Source: an uncultured Bacteroidota bacterium (GTDB taxonomy: Bacteria > Bacteroidota > Bacteroidia > AKYH767-A > JABDAW01). Taken from it: a DNA stretch of 64,000 bases. Below the pieces are notes generated by a model. That model had not been told where the DNA came from. It ran no database searches and saw nothing but the letters and a program-made list of their open reading frames with translations. Position numbers and translations under genes: made by a program. Position 1 is the stretch's first letter. Each line of letters opens with the position of its first letter. This document shows positions 19,677 through 30,303 of this stretch, piece after piece. The stretch lies in contig CAIMUP010000098.1 of NCBI GenBank assembly GCA_903844645.1, positions 7,571-71,570 of the forward strand. The letters are read 5' to 3'.

Positions 19677-21077
19677 ATGAAGTACAATAAAATTACCCAG
19701 AATGTCATTTTGCAATTGGAAGCAATTGTAGGGAAGGAGCATGTGTATTATGATGATGAAAACATTAAACATTATGCTCATGATGAAACCGAAGACTTAA
19801 AATTTAATCCGGAGGTGATCATCAAACCCCGCACGGCACAAGAGATTTCAAACATTATGATTATTTGTAATCATGAAAGCATTCCGGTAACACCTCGTGG
19901 GGCGGGGACGGGATTGAGTGGTGGTGCGCTGCCTGTATTTGGAGGAATTATTGTGGCGATGGAGCGTTTTAATTCCATCCTGATGATTGATGAACGGAAC
20001 TTGCAAGCTACGGTGGAGCCGGGTGTTATTAATCAAGTTTTTCAGGAGGCTGTGATAGAGAAAGGTTTGTTTTATCCGCCTGATCCGGCGAGTATGGGTT
20101 CATGCTTTTTGGGCGGCAATCTTGCAGAGAATAGTGGCGGTCCGAAGGCTGTGAAATACGGCGTTACGAAGGACTATGTCTTGAACCTCGAAGTGGTGTT
20201 GCCTACTGGTGAAATCATCTGGACAGGTGCTAATGTGTTGAAGAATTCTACCGGATACAATCTCACACAACTCTTGGTGGGTAGCGAGGGTACGTTGGGC
20301 ATCATTACAAAGATCGTGTTTCGTTTGATTCCATACCCTATGCAGACGTTGTTGATGCTGGTTCCTTTTCATTCTGCGGAAGTGGCTTGCGAGGCTGTAT
20401 CAGCGGTATTCAGGGCTGGTATTACGCCATCGGCGATGGAGTTTATGGAGCGTGATGCGATTGATTGGGTGATGAAATTTGTGGAAGTAAATATCGAGAT
20501 TAAGGACTCCATTCAGGCTCATCTTTTGATAGAGGTGGATGGCAACGATGTGGAGGTGTTGATGAAGGATTGTGAGAAGATTTCGGAGGTGATGTATGGC
20601 TTCGGGTGTGATGAAATTTTGTTTGCGGACACGGTTGCGCAGAAGGAAAACTTATGGAAGATGAGACGTCGGGTGGCGGAAGCGGTGCGGTCTCATGCGA
20701 TATATAAGGAGGAGGATACGGTGGTGCCTCGTGCCGAATTGCCGTTGTTGTTGAAGGGGGTGAAGGAGATCGGGAAGAGGTACGGTTTTAGGTCGGTTTG
20801 TTATGGTCATGCGGGGGATGGGAACTTGCATGTGAATATCATTAGGGAGCAATTGAGTGACGAGGAGTGGAACACGAAATTACCGCTTGGTATCAGAGAA
20901 ATCTTTGAGCTGTGTGTGGGGCTTGGAGGCACTATCAGTGGGGAACACGGGATAGGGTGGGTGCAGAAGGGGTATATGGATATTGCGTTCAGCGAAAAGG
21001 AAATTGCATTGCAAAAAGGGATTAAAAACTTGTTTGATCCGAATAGTATTTTGAACCCGGGGAAGATGTTTGTTTAG
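19677..21077 (+). CDS. FAD-linked oxidase (GlcD / D-lactate dehydrogenase family)
   Basis: PRGAGTGLSGGA FAD-binding motif and C-terminal GEHGIG motif. Confidence 0.9.
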   Translation: MKYNKITQNVILQLEAIVGKEHVYYDDENIKHYAHDETEDLKFNPEVIIKPRTAQEISNIMIICNHESIPVTPRGAGTGLSGGALPVFGGIIVAMERFNSILMIDERNLQATVEPGVINQVFQEAVIEKGLFYPPDPASMGSCFLGGNLAENSGGPKAVKYGVTKDYVLNLEVVLPTGEIIWTGANVLKNSTGYNLTQLLVGSEGTLGIITKIVFRLIPYPMQTLLMLVPFHSAEVACEAVSAVFRAGITPSAMEFMERDAIDWVMKFVEVNIEIKDSIQAHLLIEVDGNDVEVLMKDCEKISEVMYGFGCDEILFADTVAQKENLWKMRRRVAEAVRSHAIYKEEDTVVPRAELPLLLKGVKEIGKRYGFRSVCYGHAGDGNLHVNIIREQLSDEEWNTKLPLGIREIFELCVGLGGTISGEHGIGWVQKGYMDIAFSEKEIALQKGIKNLFDPNSILNPGKMFV

Positions 21078-21088
21078 CATTAAATTTT

Positions 21089-21340
21089 CATCGGTTTTAA
21101 AAATTGGTTCATCGGTTTGAGAATTAATTTCTTCTTACTTAAAACTACTTTCTTCTATTAATAAAGGAACTTGTTCTTTGGCTTTTGTACTTTCTTCGGT
21201 GTGTGTTTTAGTATTCTCGTGGGGTGTTTTATTTTATACTTATGTTGTTTTATTTTATACCATGGTTGTTTGAATTTCTACGGGGTGTTTTCGAGCTTGT
21301 ACGATGGCTGTTTGGGTTTATACGTCCTGGACCCGTGTTT
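21089..21340. repeat. degenerate 21-bp array L
   Basis: catcggttt at 21089 and 21110. tgtttt cores at 21204, 21225, 21246, 21267, 21286, 21309 and 21336. Confidence 0.7.
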
Positions 21341-21508
21341 TAACATACTTATATGTATAGCATGATTGTCAGCGTATCTATAGGTGCATTTATTGATATT
21401 TTTTTTGATTTTATTTTTCAAAAGAAAAACCCTAGGAAGGTAAATTCTCCAAGGGTTTTGGGTTGTTTTTATTTGATTTTCGAGGTGCTAAAATCGAATA
21501 AAAATTTG

Positions 21509-22369
21509 TTATGGTCTTCTGAAAGCAATGACTGTTACGGTATGTGTTTGTGGGGCTGTTGCTCCGAAATGTGCTTTGGAGGCGTCTTTGGAAAGTTGGG
21601 CGTTATCTAACATTCCGCCTTCTCCGTAGAAGAGGTTGTTTCTTGCGATGAGGGCTGTATTGACGGGGTTTAGAACGTTTGTTGCATAGTTGTCGTTCAT
21701 GTTTTTCATTGCTGTATGGATGAGTGTTAGGGCTGCGAGGGTGAGGTCTGTTTGGTTTGGTGCATATTTTACGACGGGTGTTAGGAGGGCGATGATTTGT
21801 TGGAGGGTGTCGGTTCGCATTACATAGCTCATGTGGCTGGTGCTGATGCTTTCGGGAGTTGGATTTGTGGGAGTTGGAGGCGGGAGTGGATGGTCGTGAT
21901 GAACTCCTCGGAATTTATCGGCGAGGGCTTTTGAGTCTTTTAATATTAGTTCGGACACTCCTGAACTTTTGACCTCGTTGTACACTCGAGTGATTAATTT
22001 GCTTTTATCTTTCCAATAATCTTGGCGAACTGCGGTGGGAGTTTTTGATGCTCCTACGGCATTGTTGAGGGCTGTTTCTGCGGCATCGGCATTGACCCAG
22101 ATGAGGTGCATGGCGGGGAGTTTGATGTCTATATTACTTGGGTTGTATCCTGTTCCGAAGCCTACGTTGGTATCGTATAGGAGTTTGTAATGATCGAGAT
22201 TGATGGCGTGTCCGGTTTCGGAAGTGGAGTGTGCTGCCATGAGGATAATGATGTGTATTTTTTGTTTCCGTTCTTCGATAACTTCAGTAATAAATTTTTC
22301 TAATTCTGGTGAATGTGGGAAGAGAACTGTTTCTTTTTTGTGGGTTTTAAATTCGTTCATGTTGTTCAT
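21509..22369 (-). CDS. hypothetical protein with internal duplication and proline-rich linker
   Basis: 286 aa. Two helical halves each begin Y-x-P-x(3)-D-[IL]-x-L-x-A-[ML]-x-L-I and are separated by PLPPPTPTNPTP. Confidence 0.6.
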   Translation of the reverse strand: MNNMNEFKTHKKETVLFPHSPELEKFITEVIEERKQKIHIIILMAAHSTSETGHAINLDHYKLLYDTNVGFGTGYNPSNIDIKLPAMHLIWVNADAAETALNNAVGASKTPTAVRQDYWKDKSKLITRVYNEVKSSGVSELILKDSKALADKFRGVHHDHPLPPPTPTNPTPESISTSHMSYVMRTDTLQQIIALLTPVVKYAPNQTDLTLAALTLIHTAMKNMNDNYATNVLNPVNTALIARNNLFYGEGGMLDNAQLSKDASKAHFGATAPQTHTVTVIAFRRP

Positions 22370-22496
22370 TTTTTTATGTATTTATTTAGGCGTGTTCTTG
22401 TTCATTCAAGAATTGGCGCATGCAAAGAAACGAATGTTTTGGAGGATGGGATTTTGGAATTTTATTTATTGGTGAAAAGGTGGTTTGTTATAATGC

Positions 22497-22536
22497 AAAA
22501 AGCCCGTCCGATTTGGACAGGCTTTTTGGTTTTTTT
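22497..22536 (-). terminator. hairpin terminator after the SusC-SusD-lipoprotein operon
   Basis: agcccgtcc-gattt-ggacaggct with T runs on both strands. Confidence 0.6.
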
Positions 22537-22555
22537 AAGCGGCAATTAAATGTAC

Positions 22556-23203
22556 CTATTGATGTACAAATACCCGCGTCGCGGTTCCAAAATTTGCATT
22601 GTGGACGATGTAGGAATACTTAATCGGCGCTGTAAGATTTAATGTTCCATTAGAGCAATACAAGTCTCCGCCAAGAGGACATGATTGAATCGGAACGGCA
22701 ATCGTGGTATCGGATGTTTGACCGAAATATACATCGAAAATAAAAGGGGGATTATTGGCTACACCACCTACGTTGCTGGTTGTGTAAAGCCCCGTTCCTT
22801 TCTTCGTTACCGTAACTGTTTGTCCGTTCGACTGACGGGCATAGGTTCCGCTAAGATCAATCGAAGCACTGACACCGGTAACCAAAACTAAACGGCTTGA
22901 GGTAATATAAAATCCGTTTGAATTGGTCATTTTATACTGGACAGTATAAAATCCGGGAGCGGTAAGATCGACATTGTTTAAGATCGGGGTAAGGTTTTGA
23001 GTCTCACCGGTGAGATCATCCTTTCCGGTTGCTCCCGGATCAACATAAGCACCCGTTCCTACGGAGGTGCTGACAATAGCATCACCATTAAGGGTGATGG
23101 TTGGATACGTTACATCTACTATCTTAGAAACATTTGCTGTTTCCTTAGTACAGGCTGTGAATAGGAAGCACAGCGCGATAACTGATATGATTACTTTTTT
23201 CAT
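22556..23203 (-). CDS. surface lipoprotein with Ig-like domain (SusE/F-position accessory protein)
   Basis: Lipobox LFTAC, a beta-rich sequence, and position immediately downstream of the SusD-like gene. Confidence 0.7.
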   Translation of the reverse strand: MKKVIISVIALCFLFTACTKETANVSKIVDVTYPTITLNGDAIVSTSVGTGAYVDPGATGKDDLTGETQNLTPILNNVDLTAPGFYTVQYKMTNSNGFYITSSRLVLVTGVSASIDLSGTYARQSNGQTVTVTKKGTGLYTTSNVGGVANNPPFIFDVYFGQTSDTTIAVPIQSCPLGGDLYCSNGTLNLTAPIKYSYIVHNANFGTATRVFVHQ

Positions 23204-23249
23204 TTTTTTATTTTTTTATTTTTTATGATTATACATATTGTTTATTAAA

Positions 23250-24761
23250 TTAGTTAGCATCCCACCAAACTTTGGCGGTGATTAACTTTTGACCAGGGAA
23301 ATTGCCATTATTTGATACCTCGGCGGAGGGATAAAATAATCGTTCCGGCATGTGAGTACTATCGCCAATAATGGAATTTTTAGATTTGATGAAGAAGTCA
23401 GGATAGTTCGTTCTTCTTGATTCTATCCATGCTTCGTCGTTTTGATTTCCACACATGGAAGCCCATTTTTGAGTGATAATAGCTTTAACCTTGTCTTGCA
23501 ATGTTCCTGTTGTAGGATATGCAATTGCAGGTTGAGAATAGTATGCCGTTGCCCATGAAACTACAGAATCAACAGGGGTAACATAAGCCATGTAATTCTC
23601 GGTAATACCTGCTATGTAAAGAGCTGAGTCGTCACCTACCATCCAACCTCTTGCCACAGCTTCGGCTTGGAGGAAAAAACTTTCGTAAGACGACATTAAT
23701 TTCACTGGAGCAGTAGCAGAATTAGGATCTCTGTTATCGCCACCAACAGCAGCACCTGGGTAGCAAACAGTTGTACTTGGAGTAGAATAAGGGAAATTAT
23801 ATCCCCCTTGAATAAGTCCTACAACAGCACCATTGCTTAGAGGGGTATATAAATAGTATTGTCTGTTGTCATTGTTGTTATTCATGTAGTCCACCGCAGT
23901 AGAACTTGCAACAAAATTCTGTACATTATTTAATGAAATCAATGAGGAATAAATCGGGTTTGTATTTCCACCGTTTGATGTATAAACAATTTTTGCATCT
24001 TCGCCAGATTGCAGGAATACAGCACCAGAAGATTGTAAAGCCATTACACCATTTTTACCAGTAACCGGATCAATTTCTGAAAGTCTTAAATACATTCTAA
24101 GTTTGAGAGTATTAGCAAAATGTTTCCAATTGTCCATGTGTCCCTGGAATAAAATATCATCAGCGGCAGGCATGCCAGGTCCGCCTGAATTGGCACTATC
24201 AATAAGAGCTATTCCATCTCCAACCATTTTAATAATGTTGGTATAAATATCCTTTTGAGAATCAAAATGTGGCGCAATGTTCCCTGATTGGGCTTGCAAG
24301 GCTTCGGAAAATGGTACATCGCCCCAATTATCAGTAAGCAACTGATAAGTATATGCCTCCAATATCTTGGCGCAAGCGACATATTGCATTTGATTTGTAG
24401 CTGTACCTTTTGCAATAATTGTTTGCAAGTCTTGCAAGGCATCAGCATAAAGTATCTTCCAAGGAGAATCAAAATCCGTTGAAGCAGGGTTATACTGGTC
24501 AAGGGATTTATATTGGGAAGAAGTCGGGCTTTGAGTCCAAAATTGAGCCCAAAATCCGCCATAAATCTGCAAGTTATTACCCACAGCATGAGCAATAGCG
24601 GCTTCGGCAGAAGGTAAAAGATAATCAACTGTAACATCAGCTGGGTGGTTAGGATTTTTATTAACATCAAAGAAATCCTTTTTGCAGGCTGTAAAAAAGC
24701 CCATCAAGATTATTCCTAATAAAAGGAATACAATTCCAATTTTTTTATTTTTATTTATCAT
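23250..24761 (-). CDS. SusD/RagB family outer membrane lipoprotein
   Basis: Lipobox FFTAC, 503 aa, TPR-like helical composition, and position directly after SusC. Confidence 0.9.
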   Translation of the reverse strand: MINKNKKIGIVFLLLGIILMGFFTACKKDFFDVNKNPNHPADVTVDYLLPSAEAAIAHAVGNNLQIYGGFWAQFWTQSPTSSQYKSLDQYNPASTDFDSPWKILYADALQDLQTIIAKGTATNQMQYVACAKILEAYTYQLLTDNWGDVPFSEALQAQSGNIAPHFDSQKDIYTNIIKMVGDGIALIDSANSGGPGMPAADDILFQGHMDNWKHFANTLKLRMYLRLSEIDPVTGKNGVMALQSSGAVFLQSGEDAKIVYTSNGGNTNPIYSSLISLNNVQNFVASSTAVDYMNNNNDNRQYYLYTPLSNGAVVGLIQGGYNFPYSTPSTTVCYPGAAVGGDNRDPNSATAPVKLMSSYESFFLQAEAVARGWMVGDDSALYIAGITENYMAYVTPVDSVVSWATAYYSQPAIAYPTTGTLQDKVKAIITQKWASMCGNQNDEAWIESRRTNYPDFFIKSKNSIIGDSTHMPERLFYPSAEVSNNGNFPGQKLITAKVWWDAN

Positions 24762-24777
24762 GTCTATTTTTTTATTG

Positions 24778-27700
24778 TTAGAATGTTAGTTTTAAATCTA
24801 TTCCATAATTTCGTTGAGACGGGTTTGAAGAAAACTCAAATCCTTGTGCATTGCTTGCACCACTTGAATTTTGTTCAGGATCCGCAAATTTGTTTTGAGC
24901 TGCTGTCCAGATAAAAAGATTGTTTCCAAACAAAGCGACTGTTGCGCTTCCAAATGGAGTTTTCTTTAAACATTTTGTAGGTATTTGGTAAGCCAAACTC
25001 GCTTCTCTCATCTTAATATAACTGGCATCAACAATGTATTGACCTGGTACATTTTGTTCTACAGTAACATAGTAAGTATAAGGATGGAATTTTGTTGAAT
25101 TAGGTAGATACTTATTAGTAGGATTAACTGTTCCATCAGAAACCATATATACCGAATTGTCCCAAACATGGTCAGCTCTGGCATAATCTGCACTCTCTAA
25201 CGATGTTCCATTAAAATCGGTAATGCTCTTTGTGTTAGAGAAGAAAACGCCACCTTGTTTAGTATCAAACAATACATTCAAAGAAAAACCTTTATATGTT
25301 AAATTTGTTCCCCATGATGCTTGAAACTTTGGTAGATAGCTCCCCTTATTTACAGGATTTGGTGTAAGTTTTGGCAGCCCTGTAGAAGAATCAACGATAG
25401 GATGCCCGTTAGGGTCTTGAGCAATGTCAATAGCATAAAAACTTCCATAAGGTTGTCCAACTTGAGCAACTATATTTACACCTGAAAACCCACCTACCAC
25501 AAGTTGATTTACACCACCATAAAGAGATTCAACAAGGCTGGTATTCTTTGTATAAGTCCCGTAAACTTCCCATTTGAAACCTGATTTAGTTAGAACCGGA
25601 ACACCTTTGATAAATAATTCAATACCCTTATTGGAAACAACCCCTGCATTAATTATTTGGGTGGTGAATCCGGTTGAAGGTGGAATAGACAATGGAATTA
25701 TTTGATCAGTTGATTTATTAGCATAGTATGAAAAATCAATACTTATGCGATCTTTAAAAAATCCAAGTTCTGTACCAACTTCGTAGGCAGTTGTAAATTC
25801 AGGTTTAATCCCTGGATTGGCATTTTGATCTCCAACAGTAAATCCTGAAATATTCCCTGCTGGTGTTACAAATGGGAATACAGTACTTCCCCATCCACCA
25901 TTGATAGTCGTTACTGGATAATAATTTGCTGTTGAATACGCCGGGGCATCATTACCTACTTTCGCATAGCTTGCACGTATTTTTCCGTATGATAAAAATT
26001 TATCTTTGGTTTCTTGCTTCATTAATTCAGTAAAAACCCAAGATGCGTTTAAACTAGAATAAAAATAGCTTGGATTTGAGGTGCCAAAGAGTGTGGATGA
26101 TTTATCATTACGTCCTGTAATTCCAAGAAACAACATATTCTTATAATCAAAGTTGGCATCATAGTAATAGCTTAAATGACGTGTTTGAGTAGTTGAATTA
26201 TTAACAACTGCAGCACCCTTTGAGTTGTCGAGATTGTAATACCCTGCTAATGACAAACCTCCGTCTGCATTTGTTTGTCCGAAAACTCTGTCTAAAACAG
26301 ATTCTCTAATATTTTGACCTAACAGAAGTGTCCCTGAAATAGTCTTCGACAATTGTCTTTTGGCGGTAACCATTAAATCATTATTAAAGTTCATTAGATT
26401 GGCAATATCTTGAGAATACTTCCCTTGATATGTTGCATTATTTGCTGAACTATACAAGCCCGATTCGTCTAATGGATAATAATTGTATTTTTTCCAAGAT
26501 TGGTATCTTCTATCTGAATAAGTATCAGTGCCTATTCGATCGCTAATGGTTAACCAGCCCCAATTTTCATAAGAAACACTAGCATTTCCGAAAACTCTAT
26601 CAACCTTGCTCGTATTTACGAAATTATTCAGAGTGAAATAAGGATCCATATAATAAGCTCCATAAAAGCCGTAGGTTCCTGTACCTGTCTTTGGATTATA
26701 ATCAAGATATTGGTTGTAAGTATCGTTCAAATCTTTTCCATCAACAATAGGAATATCTCTTGCAGTTTCAATTAACTGGGAATAAACTGAATTACTTCCT
26801 TGTCCGCCCGATGGATCTCTTCGCGCAATGTTTGCATAATTTAAAGAGATGGAACTGCTGAAGTGATTTGATAATTGTGTAGAACCATTGAATAAGATAT
26901 TATACTTGTCAAAGGTAGTGGTTGGTACGATTCCAGAATTATTCGATGCAGAAATAGACATAAAATAAGTGCTCTTGTCATTGCCTCCGGATATAGATAC
27001 ATGATTATTGAATCCTGTGCCTAAATCAAAGAAGTCTCTTACATTGTTTGGAATTGCAGAGTAAGGTTTTACTCGTGACTGACCATTGATATATTGTCCC
27101 CAAGGTCTTAATTTCCCATCAAATGGCAAGCCCCAGCTAAAATTCTCACGTCGGTCATCAGCAATATTATCCATATCTCCCTCTCCATAAGTGTTTTGAA
27201 AGGTCGGTAATTTCAAGATAGAAGACCATGTCATTCCAGTACTAAAAGTTACATCCATCTTAGATGCTCCTCCTACACCATGTTTCCCTTTTTTAGTGGT
27301 AATGATGATAGCCCCGTTAGATGCACTGGAACCATACAACGCCGCTGCGGCAGGTCCTTTCAATACCGAAATATTTTCAATGTCCTCCGGGTTAATGTCA
27401 TTACCGCGATTGCCATAATCTACCTGATTATTCAAATCATCAGTAGTTCTTAAATTATCATTGTTAATAGGAACACCATCTACAACGATTAATGCCTGAT
27501 TATTACCTACCAACGACGACCCTCCACGGATAACGATCCGCTGCGAACTCCCCGGTCCGCCAGTCAAGGAAGTAATATTAATCCCTGCTACTTTTCCTTC
27601 CAATGCCCCAATGACATTCGTGTTTTTAGCAGAAGTCAAATCATCGCCCTTTACCTGCGTGGTAGCATAGCCAAGACTTCGCTTCTCGCGGCTGATGGCA

Positions 27701-28035
27701 TTCGAGGTAACGACCACCTCATCCAGATTCATGACATCGTTTTCCATCATGACATCAACCGTTGCCGAAGTGCCGATCTCTACCTCCTTCGACTTCATCC
27801 CGACCATAATAAACTTCAACGTCTTTCCCTCCGGCGGAACCGAAAGTTTGTAAGCACCATCCATGTCGGTATTCGTACCGATAGTAGTACCCTTCACGAT
27901 GACGGTGACACCCGGTAAAGTACTGCCATCGGGAGCAGTAACCTTACCTGTTACTTGTCTTTCTTGAGCCTCCGCCCGAGAAAAGAAGACCGCGAGTAAC
28001 AGTGCGGCAATTGTAATGATTTTTCTCATTTGCAT
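24778..28035 (-). CDS. SusC/RagA family TonB-linked outer membrane protein
   Basis: Signal peptide from MQMRKIITIAALLL (the ORF extends 43 codons upstream of this ATG). Carboxypeptidase-regulatory-like domain, plug, and barrel ending in YGIDLKLTF. Confidence 0.93.
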   Translation of the reverse strand: MQMRKIITIAALLLAVFFSRAEAQERQVTGKVTAPDGSTLPGVTVIVKGTTIGTNTDMDGAYKLSVPPEGKTLKFIMVGMKSKEVEIGTSATVDVMMENDVMNLDEVVVTSNAISREKRSLGYATTQVKGDDLTSAKNTNVIGALEGKVAGINITSLTGGPGSSQRIVIRGGSSLVGNNQALIVVDGVPINNDNLRTTDDLNNQVDYGNRGNDINPEDIENISVLKGPAAAALYGSSASNGAIIITTKKGKHGVGGASKMDVTFSTGMTWSSILKLPTFQNTYGEGDMDNIADDRRENFSWGLPFDGKLRPWGQYINGQSRVKPYSAIPNNVRDFFDLGTGFNNHVSISGGNDKSTYFMSISASNNSGIVPTTTFDKYNILFNGSTQLSNHFSSSISLNYANIARRDPSGGQGSNSVYSQLIETARDIPIVDGKDLNDTYNQYLDYNPKTGTGTYGFYGAYYMDPYFTLNNFVNTSKVDRVFGNASVSYENWGWLTISDRIGTDTYSDRRYQSWKKYNYYPLDESGLYSSANNATYQGKYSQDIANLMNFNNDLMVTAKRQLSKTISGTLLLGQNIRESVLDRVFGQTNADGGLSLAGYYNLDNSKGAAVVNNSTTQTRHLSYYYDANFDYKNMLFLGITGRNDKSSTLFGTSNPSYFYSSLNASWVFTELMKQETKDKFLSYGKIRASYAKVGNDAPAYSTANYYPVTTINGGWGSTVFPFVTPAGNISGFTVGDQNANPGIKPEFTTAYEVGTELGFFKDRISIDFSYYANKSTDQIIPLSIPPSTGFTTQIINAGVVSNKGIELFIKGVPVLTKSGFKWEVYGTYTKNTSLVESLYGGVNQLVVGGFSGVNIVAQVGQPYGSFYAIDIAQDPNGHPIVDSSTGLPKLTPNPVNKGSYLPKFQASWGTNLTYKGFSLNVLFDTKQGGVFFSNTKSITDFNGTSLESADYARADHVWDNSVYMVSDGTVNPTNKYLPNSTKFHPYTYYVTVEQNVPGQYIVDASYIKMREASLAYQIPTKCLKKTPFGSATVALFGNNLFIWTAAQNKFADPEQNSSGASNAQGFEFSSNPSQRNYGIDLKLTF

Positions 28036-28246
28036 AATTTTTTGGTTAGTAATTCTTGTTAATTTGTGTTGGTTAATAAAAACTTTAATGTTGGTTAAAC
28101 TCTTGTTAAATTTTCGAGGCAACAAAATAACAAAACGGATTTGACATACGCAAACTTTATCCAAAAAAACTTTAATAATTTATTAACAATTCCAAAAAAA
28201 GTTCCCCAAATCCCGAACCCTCTTTCTAAGAATATCGGGGAATAAG

Positions 28247-28401
28247 ATGAAAAGCGCTGCAAAAATTTCCAAAATCCTGTTACGCTTTTTTACAAACCTG
28301 TTACGCTTTTCATAGGACCTGTTCCGCTTTTTATAGAACCTGTTCCGCTTTTTCACAAACCTGCTACGCTTTTACCAAAAGCTACTACGTTTTTAGTATA
28401 A
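28247..28401. repeat. 21-bp tandem array E, 6 units, with inverted leader
   Basis: cctgttacgctttt cores at 28276, 28297, 28318, 28339, 28360 and 28381. atgaaaagcg at 28247-28256 is the reverse complement of cgcttttcat within unit 2. Confidence 0.9.
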
Positions 28402-28690
28402 TATAAACCGCTAAGTAAAACTCCTAAATAACAATCTAACATCTTATTAAGCACTTTTTTCGACATTTAATAACTCCTAAAAACGGTTTTTTTTAAGGAG
28501 TTCAGGACCCCGTCCCCCGTCCCGATTTCTTAATGCCGTGAAATGAAAATGCCGACCGATTTCCCATAAACATTTCGAGGTATTAATAAAATAAAACACA
28601 CCTTATATATATACAGCCCTTTTTTAAACTCAAATACATCCCCCCATTCGCGATACACAAAATCAAGAAAACGGTTTGCCAGCGATTTTC

Positions 28691-28698
28691 TAATTTTG
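28691..28698 (+). promoter_or_regulatory. -7 box TAATTTTG
   Basis: Ends 8 nt before ATG 28706, so the leader would be very short. Confidence 0.4.
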
Positions 28699-28705
28699 AA
28701 GCCTC

Positions 28706-29062
28706 ATGGAACAAAAAGAACTATCCGAATTAAATACCCGATGGAAAGCACTCCTCGCCCAGCTTGCCGAAATCTTCGACGAAGAACCCGATTTACAAAC
28801 CATCCTTTTCCTCATTGGCGTAAATGAATTGGGGCAAGGTGCTCGCGAATTCTCAAAATCCGAAAAGATGGATTTGATGCACATCGCCACCTGCCGATTA
28901 TTGAGCCAGTACGGATATTATTTGTTAGAAGGGGAGGATCAAGATGGTTGGCCTCACTGGGCTTTGGTGGAGAAATTACCAGCCCTCAAACTGGGACAAC
29001 AAGAAGATTTGTTGCGCCAAGCAGCCCTTATTTACTTTGAAGAATTGGGAATAATAGTTTAA
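28706..29062 (+). CDS. hypothetical cytoplasmic protein
   Basis: 118-aa ORF. A TAATTTTG box ends 8 nt before the ATG. Confidence 0.6.
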   Translation: MEQKELSELNTRWKALLAQLAEIFDEEPDLQTILFLIGVNELGQGAREFSKSEKMDLMHIATCRLLSQYGYYLLEGEDQDGWPHWALVEKLPALKLGQQEDLLRQAALIYFEELGIIV

Positions 29063-29112
29063 GATTTTGGAACATTCCAAAACCTTAAACTTTAAACCAG
29101 AAACCTTAATCC

Positions 29113-29478
29113 CTAATAAACTCTTACCGTCTGCTCTACCGATTCGCCTTCCTGCAAACGAACCACGCCTTTGCCGGTTTTGCCAGCAATCACGGCGGTA
29201 ATGTCCAGCACAGCCGGTAACGCAAAAACGTGGGTGGTAACGCCGCTACCATCCGAAATCTTTACATCGCTGACATTCGCCGTTACGCCGTTGTATTGGG
29301 TAACATTGGTTTTGTACAGCGTTACTGTGGCTCCGGAAACTACCGCTCCAGCGGTGTCAATAACGTGAATGATTGCCGTACAATCGGTGTTTTTCTTGCA
29401 CGAAGGGGAGATAAAAAAGGTCGCCACCAGACCGATTACCATCATTATGGAGATGGATTTTGCTACGTAGTTTTTCAT
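29113..29478 (-). CDS. small lipoprotein, beta-sandwich (carboxypeptidase-regulatory-like)
   Basis: Start taken at MKNYVAKS. Lipobox ISPSC and a beta-rich body. Confidence 0.55.
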   Translation of the reverse strand: MKNYVAKSISIMMVIGLVATFFISPSCKKNTDCTAIIHVIDTAGAVVSGATVTLYKTNVTQYNGVTANVSDVKISDGSGVTTHVFALPAVLDITAVIAGKTGKGVVRLQEGESVEQTVRVY

Positions 29479-29572
29479 TATTCTAAGATATTTGTTAATA
29501 TTGCGCATTGTAAAAATATTTTAAGTCCACAAAATTAAGAAAAATTTTATTAATCAAAAACAAGTTTTAAAA

Positions 29573-30262
29573 ATGAAAAGTAAATTAATTGTAATCGTAA
29601 TGATCGTAATCGCATTAAGTAATGTAGCTGCAGGGCAGACTACGCCAGTAAAATCAGGTGCCGTGGCATCTACCAAAGATCGCATTGTGTTAATCACAAC
29701 TGACCTTGGAAACATGAAAGTAAAGTTGTATAATGAAACTCCGAAGCACAGCGACAACTTTTTGAAGCTCGTTAATCAAGGGTTCTATAACGGAACTTTG
29801 TTTCACAGAATCATAAAACAATTTATGATTCAGGGGGGTGATCCCAACTCTAAAGGTGCTGCACCCGGCGTTGCGCTTGGGAATGGAGGAGGAGACATGG
29901 CAAGGATTCCTGCTGAATTCAACACGAAATTGATCCACAAAAAGGGCGCACTTGCCGCCGCCCGCGATGGTAACCCCGAGAAAGCATCAAGTGCTTGCCA
30001 GTTTTATTTAGTGCAAGGAAAAGTATGCTCTGATGGGGAATTGGATGGCAAGGAACAAAGGGGGAATTTTAAATATACTCCTGAGCAGCGAAAAATTTAT
30101 ACCACGGTTGGCGGCACACCGTTCCTTGATCAGGATTACACTGTTTTCGGCGAGATCATTGAAGGCTTGGATGTATTGGATAAGATTGCAGCGGTAGAAA
30201 CTGCGCCTGGCGATCGTCCAAAGACGGATGTGAAAATGACTATTAAAGTCATTCAGCAATAA
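29573..30262 (+). CDS. cyclophilin-type peptidyl-prolyl cis-trans isomerase, secreted
   Basis: Signal peptide plus the FHRIIKQFMIQGGDP motif. Confidence 0.93.
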   Translation: MKSKLIVIVMIVIALSNVAAGQTTPVKSGAVASTKDRIVLITTDLGNMKVKLYNETPKHSDNFLKLVNQGFYNGTLFHRIIKQFMIQGGDPNSKGAAPGVALGNGGGDMARIPAEFNTKLIHKKGALAAARDGNPEKASSACQFYLVQGKVCSDGELDGKEQRGNFKYTPEQRKIYTTVGGTPFLDQDYTVFGEIIEGLDVLDKIAAVETAPGDRPKTDVKMTIKVIQQ

Positions 30263-30303
30263 ACTAATCAACTTAATAAACAAATAAATTTCCCCCCTCA
30301 ACA

